This document shows positions 54,258 through 61,121 of a stretch of 61,121 bases of DNA, piece by piece. Source of the stretch: a virus. Taxonomy: Duplodnaviria; Caudoviricetes. Below the pieces are notes generated by a model that searched no databases, was not told the DNA's origin, and saw only the letters and a list, made by a program, of their open reading frames with translations. Position 1 is the stretch's first letter. Each line of letters starts with the position of its first letter. The DNA lies in the IMG/VR virus record IMGVR_UViG_3300025848_000042, positions 1 to 61,121 of that record. The stretch is one strand, 5' to 3'. A program made the translations under genes and the position numbers.

Positions 54258-55121
54258 ATGACCTATAAAGATCCGCAAAAAAGAAAAGAATATAAGAGAG
54301 AATGGGCAAAAAAGAAAGCACTAAAAAATTCAAGTCCTTTAAATTTTCCTCCCATAAAAATCCCAGAGAATATGAAAGAAACCCAGTATTCTGGATATTA
54401 TATTACAGAAGATGGAAAAGCCTATCGAGTACCTGGCAAATATGACAGATATGGTCAGCACGGCAAGATTAATGAATATGGATTAATACATTTAAATCCA
54501 GGATTCAGAGGTCATCCAGGTCGTCCAGAGTATCAATATGAATGCATTAATATTTCAATACGGGATGAAAATGGAAAATTTCTGAAACAAATAAAAAAAA
54601 GTATTCATCAATTAGTTGCAGAAGTATTTGTTCCTAATTTTGAGGGACATAATGAGATATTGCATATTGATGGGAATAATAGAAATAATCATTATAAAAA
54701 TTTAAAATGGGGAACACATGAAGAAAACATGAAGATGGTTGGTTTGCCAGAAGGTACAATTAAAGAGCATAAAAGATATGGTAATTCCCAAAACCCAACA
54801 AGGTATATCAAGAAAGATGGTGAATGGATTTTAATTCCGAATAATAGACCTCCTTGGAATAAAGGATTAAAAGGAAGTTCTTGGAACACATTACCTGATG
54901 GAACTATTACGACAAGGAAGGTAAATGGTTTTCCTGCAAAGTTTATTAAACAAAATGGTGAATGGATTTATCAAAGAAAAACACCCAAAAGAAAGACACC
55001 TAAAAGAAAGAGTCCAAAAAAAGAACCATTACCTGATGGAACTATTAGTATCCGTGCTGATGGTACTACATGGATAAAGGAAAATGGTAAATGGATTTAT
55101 CAAAAAAAATCCCCTATATAA
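54258..55121 (+). CDS. HNH homing endonuclease with three C-terminal repeats
   Basis: YYITEDGK, IHQLVAEVF, ILHIDGNNRNNHYKNLKWGTHEEN. Confidence 0.85.
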   Translation: MTYKDPQKRKEYKREWAKKKALKNSSPLNFPPIKIPENMKETQYSGYYITEDGKAYRVPGKYDRYGQHGKINEYGLIHLNPGFRGHPGRPEYQYECINISIRDENGKFLKQIKKSIHQLVAEVFVPNFEGHNEILHIDGNNRNNHYKNLKWGTHEENMKMVGLPEGTIKEHKRYGNSQNPTRYIKKDGEWILIPNNRPPWNKGLKGSSWNTLPDGTITTRKVNGFPAKFIKQNGEWIYQRKTPKRKTPKRKSPKKEPLPDGTISIRADGTTWIKENGKWIYQKKSPI

Positions 55122-55145
55122 AAATCGAAACTTTATATACACCAA

Positions 55146-55319
55146 ATGAAAAAAAATTTTTCAGAAAATTTTCAACTTCTACAGGTTGATCCAATTACTG
55201 GGGACTACTATATCATCATTCCAGAAGAATTTGTAAACGAACTCTCATGGTATGAAGACACAGAAATTCTAATGAAACTCGAAGGTTCCGATCTAATTCT
55301 TTCGGAGAACTCTCATTGA
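55146..55319 (+). CDS. 57-aa AbrB/MazE-like protein
   Basis: DPITGDYYIIIPEEFVNELSWYEDTEI...LIL. Confidence 0.6.
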   Translation: MKKNFSENFQLLQVDPITGDYYIIIPEEFVNELSWYEDTEILMKLEGSDLILSENSH

Positions 55320-55344
55320 CAATCCCTAGATAATACTGTATGAT
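55316..55344 (+). promoter_or_regulatory. Host sigma70-type promoter
   Basis: TTGACA-N17-TATGAT. Confidence 0.8.
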
Positions 55345-55367
55345 ATTATCGTAGATTTATTAATTTT

Positions 55368-56126
55368 ATGGCGCGTGGTTTTACCGTAAAAGCAAAGGCA
55401 CCCATTTCACAATCTCAAGAACAAGAATGGGACTATAATTTAGCAAGACAAATGGTGAATGGAAAATCCATCGTATTCTGTCTTCCAGGACGAGGAGTTT
55501 CTTATACCTATCTCAAGAGTTTTGTACAACTCTGTTTTGATCTTGTTCAGTCCGGAGCAAGTATTCAAATTTCACAAGACTATTCAAGCATGGTGAATTT
55601 TGCCAGATGCAAATGTCTGGGTGCAAATGTTCTTCGTGGTCCAGATCAAATTCCCTGGGACGGAAAACTTAAATATGATTGGCAACTCTGGATTGATTCC
55701 GACATTGTTTTCAACACCGAAAAGTTCTGGCAACTGATTCTGATGGACAAGGATATTGCCGCAGGATGGTATGCAACAGAAGACGGACATACAACCTCGG
55801 TGGCACACTGGTTGGATGAGGAAGACTTCCGTGGTAATGGTGGTGTCATGAATCACGAAACCGTCGAAAGTATCTCAAAGCGTCGTAAACCATTTACCGT
55901 TGATTATACCGGGTTTGGTTGGGTTCTGATTAAAAACGGTGTTTTTGAACATCCAGAAATGAAGTACCCCTGGTTTGCACCAAAAATGCAGGTCTTTGAA
56001 TCTGGAGAGGTTCAGGACATGTGTGGAGAAGATGTATCATTCTGTTTGGATGCAAAGGAAGCAGGATTTGAGATTTGGTGCGATCCTCGTATTAGAGTTG
56101 GTCACGAAAAAACCCGGACAATTTAA
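55368..56126 (+). CDS. GT-A fold glycosyltransferase-like protein
   Basis: WIDSDIVF (DxD), TGFGWVLIK, GEDVSFC, VGHEK. Confidence 0.7.
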   Translation: MARGFTVKAKAPISQSQEQEWDYNLARQMVNGKSIVFCLPGRGVSYTYLKSFVQLCFDLVQSGASIQISQDYSSMVNFARCKCLGANVLRGPDQIPWDGKLKYDWQLWIDSDIVFNTEKFWQLILMDKDIAAGWYATEDGHTTSVAHWLDEEDFRGNGGVMNHETVESISKRRKPFTVDYTGFGWVLIKNGVFEHPEMKYPWFAPKMQVFESGEVQDMCGEDVSFCLDAKEAGFEIWCDPRIRVGHEKTRTI

Positions 56127-56132
56127 TAGAAT

Positions 56133-56321
56133 ATGAAAGAACGATATAATATTCTTTGTAAGGGTCGCAGAATTTATACAGGACTCTCAGAAGAAGAATA
56201 TTTTGATATTATGGAAGACCTGTCGATCGAATATTATCAGACAGGTTCTCCGAATCCCTCGGATTTAGAAACAGAAATTTTAATGGAGAATCAATTATGG
56301 CAAAAGCAAAAGGTGGATTAA
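56133..56321 (+). CDS. Hypothetical protein
   Basis: ORF coupled to its neighbours. Confidence 0.6.
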   Translation: MKERYNILCKGRRIYTGLSEEEYFDIMEDLSIEYYQTGSPNPSDLETEILMENQLWQKQKVD

Positions 56322-56449
56322 ATAATAAAAGTTCTTATATTCCAGGTCCCCCGAAGAAAACTCGGCAGGGTGACGGTGACGGAACAAAATATGCATCTAG
56401 TTCTCGCAATGGCGCACGAAAAAAATATAGAGGGCAGGGTAAAGGATAA
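56297..56449 (+). CDS. 50-aa basic protein
   Basis: MAKAKGG...PKKTRQG.G...RKKYRGQG; GGAG SD. Confidence 0.65.
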   Translation: MAKAKGGLNNKSSYIPGPPKKTRQGDGDGTKYASSSRNGARKKYRGQGKG

Positions 56450-57039
56450 TGTATCACCTAGATGGAAATGATGAATGGGCAAATATACATCCATCAGACC
56501 TCTGGGTTTATAATAAACTATTTTTAAGTCGGGTTTTGGGTTATACATGTGGTCCTATTGGGACTACTGTTCCCAAACCCGACTTTTATATTGTTCGACC
56601 ATCCTTTAATTTACTTGGGATGGGGAGGTTTGCTCGTAAAGAATGGATATATAAGTACACTGATCACATTCACCCAGCAGAATTTTGGTGTGAAATCTTT
56701 CAGGGAGATCATTTAAGTGTAGATTTTAAAAATAAGAAATCAGAATTGGTTGTTCTTGGAACTCGTGATGAAGATGATCCTTACTATAAATGGAAAAAAT
56801 GGGAAAAAATTGACTTGAATGTGCAATTTCCACAAATTTTGGATGATTTAAAGGGTGACTATGAGTACATTAATTGCGAATTTATCGATGGAAGACTAAT
56901 TGAAGTTCATTTTCGTCAAAATCCTGACTTTAGATACAACAACACCATGGCAATACCAGTTTGGAATGACGAAAAAGTAGACAATATGACCTTTATTGAA
57001 GATGTTGACTACTATCGAAAGGGTTTTTACATCAAATAA
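56449..57039 (+). CDS. Hypothetical protein, possibly ATP-grasp-like
   Basis: VRP..NL.GMG, E.F.G.H.SVD, INCEF...IEVHFR. Confidence 0.55.
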   Translation: MYHLDGNDEWANIHPSDLWVYNKLFLSRVLGYTCGPIGTTVPKPDFYIVRPSFNLLGMGRFARKEWIYKYTDHIHPAEFWCEIFQGDHLSVDFKNKKSELVVLGTRDEDDPYYKWKKWEKIDLNVQFPQILDDLKGDYEYINCEFIDGRLIEVHFRQNPDFRYNNTMAIPVWNDEKVDNMTFIEDVDYYRKGFYIK

Positions 57040-57078
57040 ATAAATTTTTTGCATAAAACTGAATTGGAACAGTATTCA

Positions 57079-57405
57079 ATGGGCAAACACCTGCTTCTAG
57101 AAGTGTATGATGTTGATTTTGAAGCGATTAATGATGTGGAATCGCTTCAAAATGCAATGATTAGAGGTATAAATCGTGCAAAAATGACGATTTTAAACAC
57201 TTTTTCCCATTGTTTTGTCCCTCAAGGATGTACAGTAGTCATTGCATTAGCGGAAAGTCATGTTTCGTGTCATACATGGCCTGAAAATGGATGTTTAGCA
57301 GTTGATGTCTATACTTGTGGAGAGGGGAATCCAAAATTAATTGCACTAGAACTATTAAAATATTTAAATTCCGACAATTATAATCTCAGAGAACTAAATC
57401 GTTAA
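57079..57405 (+). CDS. speD: S-adenosylmethionine decarboxylase-family proenzyme
   Basis: MGKHLL, LAESHVSCHTWPE self-cleavage motif, DVYTCG. Confidence 0.9.
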   Translation: MGKHLLLEVYDVDFEAINDVESLQNAMIRGINRAKMTILNTFSHCFVPQGCTVVIALAESHVSCHTWPENGCLAVDVYTCGEGNPKLIALELLKYLNSDNYNLRELNR

Positions 57406-57472
57406 ATACTGTTAGGGAGATAGCAACCTCCTTTATAAAAGTTCTGTTTTATTCACTAAAACAGGAGCTAAA

Positions 57473-57712
57473 ATGTCTAATTTACCAGTAGATAGAAGTA
57501 AAAATTACATGTACGAAATGTGGGGAACCACAAAATTGATTACGGATTATCAACCAGTTCAAACAAATCGCATCATTCAAGAGGTTATACACGATCTTGC
57601 ACCCAGACATGATCTCAAAAAACAAACCGATTTGCATGAAAAAATTCGTAATGATAATGATTATGATGACTGGGAATATGGAACAGAACCTGGATACGGA
57701 ATTTCCTGGTAA
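57473..57712 (+). CDS. Hypothetical protein
   Basis: AGGAG SD; clean ORF. Confidence 0.7.
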   Translation: MSNLPVDRSKNYMYEMWGTTKLITDYQPVQTNRIIQEVIHDLAPRHDLKKQTDLHEKIRNDNDYDDWEYGTEPGYGISW

Positions 57713-57746
57713 TGGAATAAATAATCATTAATCCATATATGGGTTC

Positions 57747-58154
57747 ATGGCATCAGAAATTACTCGAATTTCAAGATCATTCAGAGATATTAGTCTTTCA
57801 TTTGAACCTCATCCGATTACAAAAGATTTGCCGATTCTTCAAAATCAAAACTCGATTAATCGATCAATTCGTAATCTAGTAGAAACCATTCCCACAGAAA
57901 GATTCTTTAACTCAACAATTGGATCAAATATTCGAGGTAGTATATTTGATATCATTGACTTTGCATCATCATCGATTGTTGAAGATCAAATTCGAATTTT
58001 AATTTCTAACTATGAACCCAGAGTGAAAGACACAAAAGTTCAGGTGGAACCTCGTCCTGATTTAAATGAATATGAAGTCACAATTACCTATACCATTGTT
58101 GGTCAAGAAATACCATCTCAAGAATACTCCTTCATACTAGAGGCAACAAGATAA
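57747..58154 (+). CDS. gp25: Baseplate wedge subunit gp25
   Basis: DISLSF..HP, SIRNLV.T...ERFF...G, YEPRV. Late AATAAATA upstream. Confidence 0.9.
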   Translation: MASEITRISRSFRDISLSFEPHPITKDLPILQNQNSINRSIRNLVETIPTERFFNSTIGSNIRGSIFDIIDFASSSIVEDQIRILISNYEPRVKDTKVQVEPRPDLNEYEVTITYTIVGQEIPSQEYSFILEATR

Positions 58155-58155
58155 A

Positions 58156-60069
58156 ATGCCGTTCACAAAATTTTCAAACCTGGATTTTGATCAGATTAAG
58201 ACATCGATTAAAAGTTATCTGAGAGCAAATTCAAATTTTACGGATTTTGATTTTGAGGGATCCAACTTTTCAATTCTGATTGATATGTTGGCATATAATA
58301 CCTATATCACGGCATTTAATGGAAATATGAGTGCCAATGAGGTCTTTCTTGATTCTGCGGTTCTTCGTGAAAATGTCATTGCCAGAGCACGAGAGATTGG
58401 ATATGTACCCGACTCCAAAACGGCATCAAATGCCGTGATATCCTTTGCGGTACAACCAAAAAGTACAACCAAAACTCTAACTCTACAGGCGGGATTGGTA
58501 TGTACTGGAAATGCAAATGGCACAAATTATGTCTTTTCAATTCCCGATGATACAACGGCAACAGTAATTAATGGTACGGCAACATTTAGTAATCTAATTA
58601 TCAGAGAAGGTACTCTTCTCAAAAAACAATTTGTTGTGAACGGATCACTGGATCAAAAATTTGTTCTGAATAATTCATATATCGATACAAGTACGATTAG
58701 AGTTCATGTAAAAGGATCCAGTGATAATGGCATTGGAAAACTCTATAATCAGGTGGACAATATTTTTGAAATTGATTCAACATCTGAAATTTATTTAATT
58801 CAAGAAATCTTAGATGAAAAATATGAGATTCTTTTTGGAGATGGGAGATTTGGGAAAAAACTTGAAAATGGAGCAATCATTACAGTTTATTATATGATTA
58901 CCGATGGTAAATCGGGAAATGGCGCCTCCGAGTTTTCATTTGCAGGAACATTTAAAAATGAAAATGATGTTTTAGAAATTCCAAACAATACAATTACCAT
59001 TCAGACTCTACAATCATCTCGAAATGGTTCTGATATTGAAAGTATTGATTCCATTCGAAATTATGCTCCCAGACTTTATGCATCTCAATATCGTGCCGTA
59101 ACATCCAGAGATTATGAATCCATTATTAAATCAAAAATTTATAAGAATGCCGAATCAATTTCTGTTGTGGGTGGAGAAGAACTCGTTCCCCCTCAATATG
59201 GAAATGTTCTGATTAGCATCAAACCTAAAAATGGAACATATATTTCTGATTTTGATAAACAATATATCAAAAATAAACTCAAACAGTATTCGGTTTCTGG
59301 AATTAATCCTCAGATTATAGATCTGAAAATTCTTTATGTTGAAATCGATTCATCAATTTATTATAATGATTCCATGACTTCAAGTTCGAATGATCTCAAA
59401 ACTCGAATTATTTCAAATCTAAATGAATATTCACAGACAACTGATCTGAATTCATTTGGAGGAAGATTTAAATACAGTAAAGTTCTTCGTGTCATTGACA
59501 ATACGGATACGGCTATTACTTCAAATATCACGAAAGTCAGAATTCGTAGAGATTTGAAGGCATTAATCAATACTCGTACACAATATGAAATTTGTTTTGG
59601 GAATAAATTTCATGTGAACCCCAACGGAAAAAATATCAAATCAACAGGATTCAAGATTCAGGGCGAAAACGACCTTGTATATTTTACGGATACTCCAAAT
59701 TCGGATCTTAAAAAAGGTATCATATCTATTGTAAAGGAGATACCCGTAAGTAAATCAGGAGAACTTAAAACTCCAGTTATTGTACAATCTGCAGGAATCG
59801 TAAATTATGAGACAGGAGAGATTTCTCTGAGTCCAATGATCATTACATCCACTGTTTTATCTGATGATATAGTTGAAATTCAGGCATATCCAGAATCAAA
59901 CGATATTATTGGACTTCGTGATCTCTATCTTTCTTTTGACATTTCAAAAAGTACAATAAATATGATTAAAGATGTGATAGCATCCGGGGACGATGTTTCC
60001 GGAACAGTATTTTCAAGTTCGGACTATTATAGATCGAGTTATTCAAACGGAGAACTAAAGAGGTTGTAA
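58156..60069 (+). CDS. gp6: Baseplate wedge protein gp6
   Basis: LDFDQIK...FTDFDFEGS...LAYNT, FGDG..G, RAVT..DY; syntenic with gp25. Confidence 0.92.
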   Translation: MPFTKFSNLDFDQIKTSIKSYLRANSNFTDFDFEGSNFSILIDMLAYNTYITAFNGNMSANEVFLDSAVLRENVIARAREIGYVPDSKTASNAVISFAVQPKSTTKTLTLQAGLVCTGNANGTNYVFSIPDDTTATVINGTATFSNLIIREGTLLKKQFVVNGSLDQKFVLNNSYIDTSTIRVHVKGSSDNGIGKLYNQVDNIFEIDSTSEIYLIQEILDEKYEILFGDGRFGKKLENGAIITVYYMITDGKSGNGASEFSFAGTFKNENDVLEIPNNTITIQTLQSSRNGSDIESIDSIRNYAPRLYASQYRAVTSRDYESIIKSKIYKNAESISVVGGEELVPPQYGNVLISIKPKNGTYISDFDKQYIKNKLKQYSVSGINPQIIDLKILYVEIDSSIYYNDSMTSSSNDLKTRIISNLNEYSQTTDLNSFGGRFKYSKVLRVIDNTDTAITSNITKVRIRRDLKALINTRTQYEICFGNKFHVNPNGKNIKSTGFKIQGENDLVYFTDTPNSDLKKGIISIVKEIPVSKSGELKTPVIVQSAGIVNYETGEISLSPMIITSTVLSDDIVEIQAYPESNDIIGLRDLYLSFDISKSTINMIKDVIASGDDVSGTVFSSSDYYRSSYSNGELKRL

Positions 60070-60070
60070 T

Positions 60071-61121
60071 ATGAGTCAAGCCGATTTTGAGGCAAGAGTA
60101 AAGATTCAACAAATTATTGAGAATCAACTTCCTGAATTTATACTGGATGAAAGTCCTCTTACATCAGAATTTTTAAAACAGTATTATATTTCACAAGAAT
60201 ATCAAGGAGGTCCAGTTGATATCCTTGAAAATATAGATCAATACATCAAACTCGATAACTTGACACCAGAAGTTATTGTAGGTTCAGTTGATCTGGCATC
60301 TAATATTTCTTCATCATCTGGAATTATTACTGTTACTTCAACCAAAGGTTTTCCTCAAAATTATGGATTACTAAAAATTGATGATGAAATTATCACCTAT
60401 ACTGGTATCACAACAAATACCTTTACAGGTTGTATTCGTGGATTTTCTGGTGTTAGTAATTATCATCAAAATTTAAATTCATCTGAACTTGTATTTTCCG
60501 AGTCTTCTGCAACATCTCATCAAAAAAATGCAGAAGTTCAGAATTTAAGTTCATTATTTTTAAAAGAATTCTATAAAAAAATTAAATATTCCCTGACTCC
60601 TGGGCTTGAAAATATAGATTTTGTTTCCGATTTGAATGTTGGGAATTTCATAAAAGAAGCGAGAACTCTTTATGAGTCCAAAGGTACAGACGAATCATTC
60701 AGAATTCTTTTCAATATTCTTTTTGGAGAAAACCCCAGAGTCATTGATCTCGAACAATTTTTAATCAAACCATCAGGAGCAACATATCTAAGAAGAGATG
60801 TTGTTGTTGTTGATGCAATTTCTGGTAATCCATTAAATCTTGAGGGTCAAACTATTACCAAAAATGGTGATCCAAAAACTACAGCATCTGTTTCCGAAGT
60901 TGAAACAATTGGTCGTAATGGAAAAACATATTATAAACTCCTTCTTTTTGTTGGTTATGATGAGGCATTTCCATCAATTACTGGAAATTTTGATATTACT
61001 GGAAGTACTAAAAACACCAAAGAAGTTTTTACCAGTGATACAGTAATCACAGTTGATTCTACCATAGGATTTCCGGAATCTGGTAAGATTTATTCTGGAA
61101 ATAATACCATAACATACACGA
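60071..61121 (+). CDS. gp7: Baseplate wedge initiator gp7-like (3' truncated by the window)
   Basis: Starts right after gp6: VKIQQIIENQLPEF...FLKQYYISQE, then Y.SKGT.ES..ILF. Confidence 0.7.
   Translation, partial: MSQADFEARVKIQQIIENQLPEFILDESPLTSEFLKQYYISQEYQGGPVDILENIDQYIKLDNLTPEVIVGSVDLASNISSSSGIITVTSTKGFPQNYGLLKIDDEIITYTGITTNTFTGCIRGFSGVSNYHQNLNSSELVFSESSATSHQKNAEVQNLSSLFLKEFYKKIKYSLTPGLENIDFVSDLNVGNFIKEARTLYESKGTDESFRILFNILFGENPRVIDLEQFLIKPSGATYLRRDVVVVDAISGNPLNLEGQTITKNGDPKTTASVSEVETIGRNGKTYYKLLLFVGYDEAFPSITGNFDITGSTKNTKEVFTSDTVITVDSTIGFPESGKIYSGNNTITYT

Noticed and set aside
711-59570. The many other minus-strand ORFs in the track (e.g. 31295-32101, 19563-20102)
   Set aside because: They overlap well-supported + strand genes and have no recognisable motifs.
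1-61121. tRNA genes, introns, integrase or transposase
   Set aside because: None recognised by eye. The endonuclease genes lie between genes rather than inside them. tRNAscan and Rfam were not run.

Overview
61 kb of a T4-like cyanophage (cyanomyovirus) genome, almost entirely + strand. It runs from the end of a Gly-rich structural gene and an SF2 helicase, through a ~52 kb hyperplastic region of well over 100 small ORFs, to the conserved late block (glycosyltransferase-like gene, speD, baseplate gp25, gp6, start of gp7). Recognisable accessory genes are CP12, an RNA ligase, RlpA-like, deaminase-like, GP88-like, two pentapeptide-repeat proteins and four free-standing homing endonucleases. The hyperplastic region is organised by about 45 copies of one module: palindrome TGTG(A/C)CA-N10-TG(G/T)CACA, a variable hairpin and a -10 box. 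One paralog pair shows a precise empty versus filled site for the module, and duplicated micro-genes swap neighbours at ATGA start/stop overlaps. Candidate undescribed systems: (1) a late promoter, antisense mini-RNA, terminator and second late promoter ahead of two different GIY-YIG-like nuclease genes; (2) a late operon of proteins with T4 capsid-targeting-like tags, including a kinase and a GNAT; (3) a three-copy structured RNA transcribed divergently; (4) three tandem Gly-Tyr repeat micro-genes. All function calls come from motif reading by eye, with no database searches. Many small hypothetical ORFs are grouped rather than listed singly.
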